From Bacillota bacterium (lineage in GTDB: Bacteria; Bacillota; JAAYKD01), in contig OY762825.2 in the NCBI GenBank assembly GCA_963666425.2, forward strand, positions 928,001-992,000: a DNA stretch of 64,000 nt, in the 5' to 3' direction. The notes under the pieces were generated by a model. It ran no database searches. It worked only from the letters and a program-made list of their open reading frames with translations, and had not been told where the DNA came from. Positions 37,963 through 47,094 of the stretch are shown piece after piece; position 1 is the stretch's first letter; each line of letters opens with the position of its first letter. The position numbers and the translations under genes are program-made.

Positions 37963-40320
37963 GTGATGACCGTGTCCTTTCTACCCGAAGCAGAACCTCG
38001 CTTAAGCGGTAACGCCTTGAAAATTTTGGAAATGCGTTACTTGATACATGAAGGTGACAAATATGAAAAGCCCGCTCAATTGTTTTGGCGCGTCGCCCAG
38101 ACGATTGCACAGGCAGAAGCGTTTTACGGCAGTGATGACAGCGCCATTCAGGTCTGGGCGGAGACGTTTTATAAGCATATGTGCTCGATGTATTTTTTAC
38201 CGAATTCTCCCACCTTAATGAACGCCGGTCGTCCTTTGGGACAGTTGTCCGCCTGTTTTGTCTTACCGGTGGAAGACAGTATGGAAGGAATTTTCAGTGC
38301 CGTCGGCAACGCAGCACTCGTGCATAAATCCGGCGGTGGTACCGGTTTTGATTTTTCCCAATTGCGGCCAAAGAATGCTCTGGTCAAATCGACGGGCGGG
38401 GTAGCGTCCGGTCCGGTTGCTTTCTTGAAAGTATTCAATGCCGCCACCGAAGCGGTCAAACAGGGCGGCGTCCGCCGCGGCGCCAATATGGGGATTTTAC
38501 GGGTGGATCATCCGGATATCAGAGAATTTATCCACTGCAAAACCGACAATATGGATATTACCAATTTTAACCTTTCCATCGCCATTACCGATGATTTCAT
38601 GACCGCTTTACAAGAAAAGAAGGAGATCAGTTTAATCCACTACGGCAAAGAATACGAAAAAGTTGCTGCCGAAGAATTATGGCAGGAAATCATCCAATCC
38701 GCTTGGGGGAATGGTGAACCGGGTATCGTCTTCATCGATCGCATGAATGAACATAATCCGGTCGAACACATTGGGCGGATCAAAGCCACCAATCCCTGTG
38801 GTGAGCAGCCCTTACTGGACAACGAATCCTGCAATCTTGGTTCGATCAATCTGGCTTTGATGGTCAAATCGCGCGACGGACATACCGAAGTGGATTATGA
38901 TCTGCTGGCCGAAGTGATTCAAACCGGCGTCCGTTTCCTGGATGATGTCATCGATGTCAATAAATACCCCTTACCGCAGATTCGAGAAGCCAGCCTGCTG
39001 ACCCGTAAAATCGGTCTGGGTGTGATGGGCTTTGCCGATATGCTATTTCAATTAAAAATCGCTTACAACAGTCCGGAAGCGGTCAAGGTCGCAGAAGAAA
39101 TTATGACCTTTATCCAGGCCATCGCTCAGAGTACCTCTGCGGAATTAGCCAAGGAACGCGGCTGCTTCCCTGCCTGGAAAGGTTCCCGCTTTGAAAAGGA
39201 AGGCCGTCTGATGCGCAACGCCACTCTGACCACCGTTGCACCCACCGGTTCCATCTCCATGATTTCCGGCTGCAGTTCCGGTATCGAGCCTGCCTTTGCT
39301 TTAGCTTATGTCAAAACCGTCCTGGACGGAACTCAGTTATTGGAAGTTAATCCTTATTTCGCGGCGCACGCGCACAGAGAAGGTTTCTATAACAGCAGCC
39401 TAATGTCTGCTCTCAGCCAGACTGGACGTGTCGGTGATTTAGTCGATGTGCCGGAGGAAGCAAAAGCGATTTTCGTCACCGCGCAGGAGATTTCGCCGGA
39501 AGCGCATATTGCCATTCAGGCCGCGTTCCAAAAGCACATCGATAATGCTGTTTCTAAAACGATCAATTTCGCCAACAATGCCTCGGAAGAGGAGATTAAT
39601 CACGCTTACATGCTGGCCTATCAGAACGGCTGCAAAGGACTTACCGTCTACCGCGATGGTTCCCGCGATGTGCAGGTTTATACTGCAGGTACCAAAAAGC
39701 CAACGGAAACCGGCAAAGAAGCGCAAAAATCCTTCAATAACCCAGACCGCTTTACCACCCGTCCGCGTCCGGCTGTGACCAAAGGTGAAATCGAAAAATT
39801 CTCGATCGGCTGTGGTTCTCTGTTTGTGATGAGTTCCCGGGATGAGATCGGTTTGGCCGAAGTTTTCTGCGAAACCGGTAAATTCGGCGGCTGTGCTTCT
39901 CAATCGGAAGCAACCGGACGTCTGATCAGTTACTGCCTGCGTTTGGGGCGCTCTCCGGAAGAAATCGAAGTCATCGCCGGCAATATCATCGAGCAGCTGC
40001 GCGGCATCCGCTGTCCGGCCTGCATCCGCCGCCCGGGTATCACAGTCACTTCCTGCCCCGATGCAATCTCCCGCGCCTTGCTGCGTCAGTTCCCGAATCT
40101 ACAGAAGAACATGCATGCCAACACAGCGGCACCGACGCAATTCGATCAATTGCCGCTGCTGCACAGCAGCGGAGCCGATGAAGTTGTGACGGCGCAGACT
40201 GCCGGTATCATGCAATCGGCTTTACCGGTCAGCAATCCCTGTCCAGAATGCGGCCAGGAATTAATCCCAGGCAGCGGTTGTTATACTTGTTCTAATTGCG
40301 GTTATTCCAAATGCGGCTAA
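37963..40320 (+). CDS. nrdJ: Class II (adenosylcobalamin-dependent) ribonucleotide reductase
   Basis: PNSPTLMNAG, QLSACFV, TNPCGEQPL, APTGSIS, C-terminal TSCPD domain and CxxC...CxxC zinc ribbon. Confidence 0.93.
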   Translation: MMTVSFLPEAEPRLSGNALKILEMRYLIHEGDKYEKPAQLFWRVAQTIAQAEAFYGSDDSAIQVWAETFYKHMCSMYFLPNSPTLMNAGRPLGQLSACFVLPVEDSMEGIFSAVGNAALVHKSGGGTGFDFSQLRPKNALVKSTGGVASGPVAFLKVFNAATEAVKQGGVRRGANMGILRVDHPDIREFIHCKTDNMDITNFNLSIAITDDFMTALQEKKEISLIHYGKEYEKVAAEELWQEIIQSAWGNGEPGIVFIDRMNEHNPVEHIGRIKATNPCGEQPLLDNESCNLGSINLALMVKSRDGHTEVDYDLLAEVIQTGVRFLDDVIDVNKYPLPQIREASLLTRKIGLGVMGFADMLFQLKIAYNSPEAVKVAEEIMTFIQAIAQSTSAELAKERGCFPAWKGSRFEKEGRLMRNATLTTVAPTGSISMISGCSSGIEPAFALAYVKTVLDGTQLLEVNPYFAAHAHREGFYNSSLMSALSQTGRVGDLVDVPEEAKAIFVTAQEISPEAHIAIQAAFQKHIDNAVSKTINFANNASEEEINHAYMLAYQNGCKGLTVYRDGSRDVQVYTAGTKKPTETGKEAQKSFNNPDRFTTRPRPAVTKGEIEKFSIGCGSLFVMSSRDEIGLAEVFCETGKFGGCASQSEATGRLISYCLRLGRSPEEIEVIAGNIIEQLRGIRCPACIRRPGITVTSCPDAISRALLRQFPNLQKNMHANTAAPTQFDQLPLLHSSGADEVVTAQTAGIMQSALPVSNPCPECGQELIPGSGCYTCSNCGYSKCG

Positions 40321-40398
40321 ACAGGCTGAGAAGATCAATTTAACCTGTTTATGAGGTAAGCACTAAGTTATCCAGGCAAACCCTACAGAAACCGATAC

Positions 40399-40427
40399 TG
40401 GACAAATCCGGATAGGGATGTTATACT
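40399..40427 (+). promoter_or_regulatory. Sigma-A promoter upstream of lysine riboswitch 1
   Basis: TGGACA, 17 bp, TATACT with extended TG. Confidence 0.65.
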
Positions 40428-40442
40428 CAGGAACATAAAAAA

Positions 40443-40610
40443 GTTGGTAGAGGCGCGGAGAGAAAAGTAACCGAAATGAGAAGGCATTCAATGACTTCGG
40501 TGAAAGGGTAAACCGCCGAAACTGTTTTCCGGCAGGAAAGCAGGTTGGGCTGCATGGAAATACCATGTAGACTCCTGAAAATACGTTGTATTTTCAGAGG
40601 AGCTATCGAT
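40443..40610 (+). ncRNA. Lysine riboswitch (L-box), transcriptional OFF type, variant core
   Basis: AGAGGCGC, AAGTA/GAAAGG loop E, GCCGAA, TTGGG, P4 CTGCATGG-AAATA-CCATGTAG, P5, P1 GTTGGTAG/CTATCGAT. Confidence 0.88.
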
Positions 40611-40642
40611 TGTTAACTTTTTTCCGCACCGAAATGGGCATT

Positions 40643-40676
40643 AAAAAGTTGCATCGATACAGATGCAACTTTTTTT
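40643..40676 (+). terminator. Riboswitch expression-platform terminator
   Basis: AAAAAGTTGCATC-GATACA-GATGCAACTTTTTTT; the 5' arm can alternatively pair with 40605-40622 (antiterminator). Confidence 0.8.
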
Positions 40677-40747
40677 AATACCCATTTTTCTTTAGGCTCG
40701 GTTAATCTATCGGCCGATGCCTTGCGACTGCGAAAGGAGTTTTTCTC

Positions 40748-42130
40748 ATGAATGAAAACACACACAACCTAGCTGAACTGCAATCGGAAAAAACCGAATT
40801 CAAAAGAGAAGTCGGTCTCTTCGGCGGCATCAGCGTGCTGGGCGGCATCATGGTCGGTTCCGGCATCTTCTACCTTGGTTCCTATGTTCTGATGCGTTCC
40901 GGCATGAGCATGGGGCTTTCCCTGCTTGTCTGGGTTATTGGCGGTTTAGTTACTCTGCTCAGCGGTATCTGCTATGCCGAACTCGGCGCCATGATGCCAA
41001 AAGCAGGCGGCGGTTATGTCTACCTGCGGGAAGCGTTCGGTGAACGTATTGCCTTTATGAGCGGAATCAACGGCTTCGTGCTGGGCAGCTCCGGCTCCAT
41101 TGCTGCTTTGGCTATCGCCTTCCCCAATCTACTGGGCAGCTTTTTCAGCATCAGTCCCGTCGCCGGCAAAGCCATTGCCATTGGCCTGATCGTGCTGCTC
41201 TCTGCCATCAATATCCTGGGCATTAAATTTGGTTCTTTAGTCCAGAATATCTTCCTGATTGCCAAACTGATTCCGATTGCCGTCATCTTAATCTGCGGCT
41301 TACTGCTGGGTCAACAGACGCCTAATTTAAGCCTCATCCCTGCTTCTCAGCCTTCCTTTGTGCAGCTCTGCAGCATGATCGCCTTTGCCGTGGTGGCAAC
41401 CCTGTGGGCTTATGAAGGTTGGACCAATCTGAATACGATCAGCGAAGAAATCAAGAATCCTCACCGCAATTTGCCGCTCGCCATTATCTTAGCCATCACG
41501 AGCGTCACGGTTCTCTACACACTCTTCAATTTCGCTATTTATCGTGTGCTGCCGCTCGACGCGATTACCACCTTGTTCAACAGTAAAAGTTACTTTTTAG
41601 GCACCGAAGTTGCCGGCACGCTCTTCGGCAGTACCGGTCGGCTATTGGTCAGCTTGACCATGGCCATCTCGGTTTTCGGCGCTCTCAACGGCTGCGTCAT
41701 GGTTTTCCCCCGCACCTATTATGCCATGGCCAAAGACGGTCTGTTTTTCTCCTCCTGCGGTAAACTGCATGAAACTTATAAAACGCCGGTCAATGCGCAA
41801 ATCGCTTCTGCTCTGATTTCTATCGTTTTAGTCCTCTCGCGCAATCTGGATCAACTGACCTCCCTCGTTGTCTTCAGTGCTTTTATCTTTAATATTCTGA
41901 TTTTCTATTCCGTGATCGTTCTGCGTAAAAAATATCCCAACTTGAACCGTCCCTACCGTGTCTGGCTCTATCCGATCAGCGTCATCCTGACCATGGTGAT
42001 TATGGTTGGTTTGATGGTCAACACCTTCATCGAAGACCCGACCACCTCCCTGATTGGCCTGGTTGTACCGGCGGCCGGCTTTGTCATCTATGAAATCATT
42101 CGCCGCAGAAAAACCACTGTGGCAGCATAG
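40748..42130 (+). CDS. APC superfamily amino acid permease (LAT/SteT-like)
   Basis: GIMVGSGIF, CYAELGAMMPKAGGGYVYLREAFG, WAYEGW, EEIKNPHRNLP. Confidence 0.93.
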   Translation: MNENTHNLAELQSEKTEFKREVGLFGGISVLGGIMVGSGIFYLGSYVLMRSGMSMGLSLLVWVIGGLVTLLSGICYAELGAMMPKAGGGYVYLREAFGERIAFMSGINGFVLGSSGSIAALAIAFPNLLGSFFSISPVAGKAIAIGLIVLLSAINILGIKFGSLVQNIFLIAKLIPIAVILICGLLLGQQTPNLSLIPASQPSFVQLCSMIAFAVVATLWAYEGWTNLNTISEEIKNPHRNLPLAIILAITSVTVLYTLFNFAIYRVLPLDAITTLFNSKSYFLGTEVAGTLFGSTGRLLVSLTMAISVFGALNGCVMVFPRTYYAMAKDGLFFSSCGKLHETYKTPVNAQIASALISIVLVLSRNLDQLTSLVVFSAFIFNILIFYSVIVLRKKYPNLNRPYRVWLYPISVILTMVIMVGLMVNTFIEDPTTSLIGLVVPAAGFVIYEIIRRRKTTVAA

Positions 42131-42142
42131 GAGAATAAAAAA

Positions 42143-43741
42143 ATGACTACCATCCTCTATCATGGCAACATCTACGTCCGGCAAGGTCAATTTGCAGAAG
42201 CGCTGCTGATTGAAGATAATATGATCCGCCGGATTGGCAGCAATGAAGAAATTCTGCAAGAAGCTCCGGCTGAAGCGGAACGCATCGATTTAGCGGGACG
42301 CACGGTCCTGCCCGGCTTCAATGATTCCCATATGCATCTGCAAATGGTCGGCCGCGATATGCAGACAGTCAACCTCTACGGCGCTACTTCCATTCAGGAA
42401 GTCATTCGCCGCGGCCGCGCGTTCCTCAGCGAACATCCGGTTCCCGCAGGCAGCGTCGTCAACGGCAGCGGTTGGAATCAGGACTATTTCAGTGATGAAG
42501 TGCGTCTGCTCAACCGCCACGATCTCGATCAGATTTCAACAGAACACATCCTTATTTTCAGCCGTGCCTGTGGTCATGTTCTGACAGCCAATACACTGGC
42601 GATCGAAACCGCCAGTGTAACCGCCGCCACGCCGCAGCCAGCCGGTGGCCATTTTGATACCGATGCGGATGGCAGCCCGAACGGTATTTTCCGGGAAAGC
42701 GCCAACGCCCTGATCTACCGGCTGCAGCCGGCTGAAGATCTTCCCGCCATTCTGCACAGCCTCAATCTGGCGATGGATTATGCGGCCTCGCAAGGCATCA
42801 CTTCCGTGCAGACCATGGATGTCAACAGCAACAATACCGAAATTATGCTGGCAGCGTATACAGAAGTGCTGGCGGAACGCCCGACTCTGCGCGTTTATCA
42901 TCAATGCAACATCACCACATTGGACGCACTGCACGCTTTTGCCGCCAAAGGTTATCTCACCGGCAAGGTGAATGGACTGCAGATGATTGGACCAATCAAA
43001 CTGTTCATGGATGGCTCTCTGGGGGCACGCACCGCCCTGATGCGGCAGCCTTATGCCGATGATCCCACCACAAGTGGCATCCAATGTGTCGATCAGACGG
43101 AGCTGAATCAACTGGTTGCGGAGGCGAATCAACTTGGTTTTCAGGTTACTGCCCACGCCATCGGTGACGGTGCCATCGAGCTGATCCTGAATGCCTATGA
43201 ATCCGTTCAGCAAGTGGGCCAAAATCCCCTGCGCAACGGCGTCGTCCATTGTCAGATCACCGACCCGGCGCAGCTGCAGCGTTTCCTCAGTTATGATATC
43301 CTGGCTCAGGTTCAGCCGATTTTCCTGCATTATGATCTGCACATCGTCAGAGAAAGAGTGGGAAGTACGCTAGCCGACACATCCTACGCCTTTGGCAGCA
43401 TGCAGCAAATGGGCATCCATGTCAGCTTTGGTACCGACTCGCCGGTGGAAAATATGAATCCGTTCCATAATATCTACTGTGCCGTAACGCGCCGCGATCT
43501 CAACGGCAGTGCGCCTTATAACCCAAGCGAAGCCTATACCGTTGCGGACGCGGTCGACGCTTACACCCTCGGCAGCGCCTATGTCAGCTTTGAGGAAAAC
43601 AAAAAAGGCCGTTTGCAGCCCGGTTTCCTTGCCGATCTGGTCGTGCTGAGTGATGATATTTTCAGCATCGCACCAACTGAGATCAAGGATATCACCGCTG
43701 TGATGACCATAGTAGACGGTAGAATCGTTTATAGAGTTTAG
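42143..43741 (+). CDS. YtcJ-like amidohydrolase (Amidohydro_3)
   Basis: PGFNDSHMH, RACGH, IKLFMDGSLGARTA, HAIGD, SFGTDSPVE, GFLADLVVL. Confidence 0.9.
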   Translation: MTTILYHGNIYVRQGQFAEALLIEDNMIRRIGSNEEILQEAPAEAERIDLAGRTVLPGFNDSHMHLQMVGRDMQTVNLYGATSIQEVIRRGRAFLSEHPVPAGSVVNGSGWNQDYFSDEVRLLNRHDLDQISTEHILIFSRACGHVLTANTLAIETASVTAATPQPAGGHFDTDADGSPNGIFRESANALIYRLQPAEDLPAILHSLNLAMDYAASQGITSVQTMDVNSNNTEIMLAAYTEVLAERPTLRVYHQCNITTLDALHAFAAKGYLTGKVNGLQMIGPIKLFMDGSLGARTALMRQPYADDPTTSGIQCVDQTELNQLVAEANQLGFQVTAHAIGDGAIELILNAYESVQQVGQNPLRNGVVHCQITDPAQLQRFLSYDILAQVQPIFLHYDLHIVRERVGSTLADTSYAFGSMQQMGIHVSFGTDSPVENMNPFHNIYCAVTRRDLNGSAPYNPSEAYTVADAVDAYTLGSAYVSFEENKKGRLQPGFLADLVVLSDDIFSIAPTEIKDITAVMTIVDGRIVYRV

Positions 43742-43781
43742 GTCAAATTTCTCCAGAGAAAAGAATAAAAAAAGCCAAAGA

Positions 43782-43824
43782 GAAGCTGCAGCAAAATGCA
43801 AAAATTGCTGCAGTTCCTTTTTTT
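43782..43824 (+). terminator. Palindromic repeat copy 1 / terminator of the permease-amidohydrolase operon
   Basis: AGCTGCAGCAA-AATGCAAAAA-TTGCTGCAGTT followed by CC and a T run. Confidence 0.7.
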
Positions 43825-44300
43825 ATGCACTGACGGCACTTGTCACAATCCGTCAAAGCCTTTTCATAATTCTGCCCGCTGCTCGCTCACCGTACCATCT
43901 GGTTGAGAAGAAAAACGACTGCTTCAGTATCGGCTTTGCCCGATCTGAACCAGTTCGATCGTTTGTCTCATCTATTGTATTTTAGCGAATATTTTTATTT
44001 ATTTATGAATATCTCAGTAGGTTAGTCTACTGTCATTGCGATTATTGTAGTTCATAACCGAGGATTAATTCGTCTTATTCCTTGATTCGTTCTCGTAATG
44101 GGCACTCTTGGAGAATACACGTTGCTTAACAAAGATGTTCTGGATTCGACTCGTTCCTATTTTCTCAATATCTGCAGTTTCCAAGTTTTAGCAAGATTGA
44201 CTTCCCTTTTTATTTCCTATATACTCATAGCGGTTAATCGGATTATTCCATGTCAGCAGACAAAGAACTACATTGATATAAAGTAATTCATCTGGAGGAG

Positions 44301-45011
44301 GTGATGAACGCCATGCGTAAATTCAACTGGTGGCAATTTTCATTTTTTCTCTCTCTTATTTTAAACATCCCAATGCTGCTGGGTTTCATTTCTGTCTTCT
44401 TTTTCTTTCAGTATTATGGAATTGAGACCGCGGTCCCCTTTGCCGGAGTTCGTTTACACGAAATTGGCTTGGCTCCGTCAATGCTGACATTACTAGTCTG
44501 TTATCCTTCATTTCCTGCAAAGTTGGATACCAAACCTATGATCAAATGGCTTTATGGGGCTTTAACAATTCCTTGCTTGATTTATTATTCAAAAAAAATG
44601 AGCCTTCCTACCGAAGACTTCCGCTTCAGTATTCTTTTCTTTGCTGCGGTTTTAACCCTAATTGGCTTTCTTTTACGGAAACGCATCTGGAAGTTTCGCT
44701 ACATAACCTATGTGCTTGGTTTTACGCTTTTTACAAGTATATTTGTAATCATAAACACATCCTATCGAACTCAATTTAATATTTGTGATTATCTCGGCGA
44801 AAGCTATGCAGTGACTTACGCGCTGGGTGTAAATGCCTACCTCGTTCAATGTGAGATAGAGCCAAATCTTGATTCGCAAGATGCTGAATCAGTTATAAAG
44901 CTCTATCAAAACAAATTTCTGGTCGTGAATTATTTCGAAAATGACATCTTGAAGGATAATTACACCAGATTTTCACGGGTTGTCATCATGCCAAGCACAG
45001 AAAATCCGTAA
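44301..45011 (+). CDS. Hypothetical multi-TM membrane protein (AT-rich, orphan-like)
   Basis: RBS GGAGGAGG; about five hydrophobic helices; no recognised motif. Confidence 0.6.
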   Translation: MMNAMRKFNWWQFSFFLSLILNIPMLLGFISVFFFFQYYGIETAVPFAGVRLHEIGLAPSMLTLLVCYPSFPAKLDTKPMIKWLYGALTIPCLIYYSKKMSLPTEDFRFSILFFAAVLTLIGFLLRKRIWKFRYITYVLGFTLFTSIFVIINTSYRTQFNICDYLGESYAVTYALGVNAYLVQCEIEPNLDSQDAESVIKLYQNKFLVVNYFENDILKDNYTRFSRVVIMPSTENP

Positions 45012-45108
45012 TAACATAAGAAAGGGGCTGTAGCAAAACAGCCTAAAAAGGAACAGAGCCTTGTGACTGCCAAAAAAAAGCAAACACGAGGCTCTGTTTT
45101 ACGCTAAG

Positions 45109-45146
45109 GAGGAGCTGCAGCAAAACAAAAATTGCTGCAGCTCCTC
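45109..45146. repeat. Palindromic repeat copy 2 (15-bp perfect stem)
   Basis: GAGGAGCTGCAGCAA-AACAAAAA-TTGCTGCAGCTCCTC, near-identical to 43784-43818. Confidence 0.7.
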
Positions 45147-45197
45147 AGTTGTTTTAATCAAGACAATCGATTTGGTTCACAGTGGAACCTTAATTGA

Positions 45198-46322
45198 TTA
45201 TTCCTTCTCAAACATCTCTTTTACTTTGACCAACTCTTCGATAATGGCAATATGCTGCGGACAGTGGCTTTCGCAATTGCCGCAGGCAATACAGTCAGAA
45301 GCTTTGCCGCGCTCCTGCGTTTGACGGGTATAGTGCATGGCGGGGAAATTATTGCTGCCGAATTGCTGCACCATATTGTAGATGCTGAACAAGGAAGGAA
45401 TATTGATCCGCATCGGACAGCCATCGACGCAGTACTGGCAGGCCGTGCAGGGAATCGCAGTCGATTGTTTGATGATCTCAACTGCCTTGTCTATCGTCTC
45501 ATGTTCTGTTTGTGTGAGAGGCTGGAATTCTTTCATGTAGCTGCAGTTGTCTTTCATCTGTTCCAAGTTTGACATACCGCTTAAGACCATAAAGACACCT
45601 TCCAGCGAAGCGGCATAGCGGATCGCCCAGGAGGCAGCGGAAGCGGTAGGATTCACGCTCTGAAAGAGTTCGCTGATTTCCGCTGTCGGATTGGCCAAAG
45701 CACCGCCCTTGATCGGCTCCATGACAATGATCGGCTTGTTGTATTTGCGAGCGACCGCATAACAAGCACCGGACTGCACGCTGGGACGATCCCAGTCGGC
45801 ATAGTTGATCTGCAGCTGGACAAAGTCCACTTCCGGATGCTTATCGAGGATTTTTTCCAAAACTTCAGCCGTATCGTGGAAAGAGAAGCCGACAAAGCGG
45901 GCTTTCCCTTCTGCTTTCAATTTTTGCAGGTAATCAAAACCACCGGTCCGCTCTGCGCGCTGGTTATTCTCGATGCCTAAATTATGCAGTAGATAAAAAT
46001 CAAAATAATCTACTCCGCAGCGCTGCAATTGTTCTGCAAAGAAGCGGTCATAATCTTCCGGCTTTTCAATCATAAACATCGGCATTTTGTCGGCCAGCAG
46101 GAATTGATTGCGTTGATGACGTTTGACCAAACCTTCGCGCAGCGCGACTTCGGATTTACCGCCATGATAGGGATAGGCAGTATCAAAATAGGTAAAGCCT
46201 TGCTCTAAACAGGTATCTACCATTTGATTGACCTGTGCTTGATCAATGGTTTTACCATCTTCCAGCAGCGGTAAACGCATCGCACCAAAGCCGAGTCTCT
46301 GAGGATTTAAACCGGTAATCAT
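45198..46322 (-). CDS. Aldo/keto reductase with C-terminal 4Fe-4S dicluster
   Basis: LGFGAMRLP, YFDTAYPYH, FYLLHN, MEPIKGG, CTACQYC...CIACGNCESHCP. Confidence 0.92.
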   Translation of the reverse strand: MITGLNPQRLGFGAMRLPLLEDGKTIDQAQVNQMVDTCLEQGFTYFDTAYPYHGGKSEVALREGLVKRHQRNQFLLADKMPMFMIEKPEDYDRFFAEQLQRCGVDYFDFYLLHNLGIENNQRAERTGGFDYLQKLKAEGKARFVGFSFHDTAEVLEKILDKHPEVDFVQLQINYADWDRPSVQSGACYAVARKYNKPIIVMEPIKGGALANPTAEISELFQSVNPTASAASWAIRYAASLEGVFMVLSGMSNLEQMKDNCSYMKEFQPLTQTEHETIDKAVEIIKQSTAIPCTACQYCVDGCPMRINIPSLFSIYNMVQQFGSNNFPAMHYTRQTQERGKASDCIACGNCESHCPQHIAIIEELVKVKEMFEKE

Positions 46323-46370
46323 ATGTCTCTCTCCTTTTGATCTTTGCAGTTTTCATTTCTGATTGAATAA

Positions 46371-46404
46371 GAAAACAGAGGGCGTAAAATATTTCGCCCT
46401 CTGT
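46371..46404 (-). terminator. Terminator of the lysine fermentation operon
   Basis: ACAGAGGGCG...CGCCCTCTGT followed by TTTCTT on the minus strand. Confidence 0.65.
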
Positions 46405-46409
46405 ATTAT

Positions 46410-46435
46410 ATTCTTGACATCCTTCTGATTTTCCT
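46410..46435 (-). promoter_or_regulatory. Sigma-H-like promoter (AGGA-N18-GAAT)
   Basis: Minus strand AGGA 46435-46432, GAAT 46413-46410. Confidence 0.5.
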
Positions 46436-46440
46436 GCTTT

Positions 46441-47094
46441 TTATTCGCCGAACTCTTTCAAATCGTCTGCTACCCGAAAATCCGCTTCCGTTTTTTGCCG
46501 CAGCTCGGCAAGCGACACTCCTTTGCGAATCTCCCGCAGCAGCAATCCTGTCGCTGTTACTTCCAGCACCGCCAGCTCCGTAATGATCAGATTCACTTTG
46601 TTCTTCGCCGTCAATGGCAAACGACAGCGCTTGAGAATTTTAGCTGCGTCGCCTTTGGCTGTATGAGTCGTCACCACGATCACTTGTTTAGCCCCCGCGA
46701 CAAGGTCCATTGCCCCACCCATACCCGGAACTAATTTGCCGGGGATGATATGGCTGGCCAAGGAACCGGCTTCATCCACTTCTAAAGCTCCTAGAATCGT
46801 TTTATCCAGATGCCCGCCGCGGATGATGGCAAATGAGGTGGCACTGTCGAAAAAGCTGCCATGATCTCGCAGCGTTACCGGAAGTCCGCCGGCATTGGTG
46901 ATATGAGCATTCTTCGTCTCGCCGGTTGCGGCTCGGTCCATCCCGATGATGCCGTTTTCCGACTGCAGGATCACATTAAAGGCTGCCGGGATATAATCCG
47001 CGACCAAAGTCGGCAAACCGATACCCAGATTGACAACATCGCCGTCTTCGAGCTCTAGGGCAGCTCGACGGGCAATTACTTCTTTCGCGTCCAT
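46441..47094 (-). CDS. atoA: Acetoacetate:acyl-CoA transferase subunit B
   Basis: VNLGIGLP, catalytic SENG, IIRGGH, GMGGAMDL. Confidence 0.92.
   Translation of the reverse strand: MDAKEVIARRAALELEDGDVVNLGIGLPTLVADYIPAAFNVILQSENGIIGMDRAATGETKNAHITNAGGLPVTLRDHGSFFDSATSFAIIRGGHLDKTILGALEVDEAGSLASHIIPGKLVPGMGGAMDLVAGAKQVIVVTTHTAKGDAAKILKRCRLPLTAKNKVNLIITELAVLEVTATGLLLREIRKGVSLAELRQKTEADFRVADDLKEFGE

Noticed and set aside
37963-40320. Intein or intron in nrdJ; NrdR boxes upstream
   Set aside because: Length and motif spacing are continuous with no splicing motifs; no convincing NrdR palindrome in 37800-37960
40374-40420. GGCAAACC...GAAA...GGAC resembles a c-di-GMP-I riboswitch
   Set aside because: No stem closes the GAAA, no GCAAA/P3 element, and the segment overlaps the sigma-A promoter of the lysine riboswitch
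42536-43342. Long antisense ORFs (this 268 aa one; also 4749..5450, 23421..24032, 54715..55329)
   Set aside because: Shadows of well-supported genes on the opposite strand, with no RBS or motifs
44005-44097. In-frame TAG/TGA as pyrrolysine or selenocysteine recoding
   Set aside because: No SECIS-like hairpin or catalytic context; decay or non-coding sequence is more parsimonious
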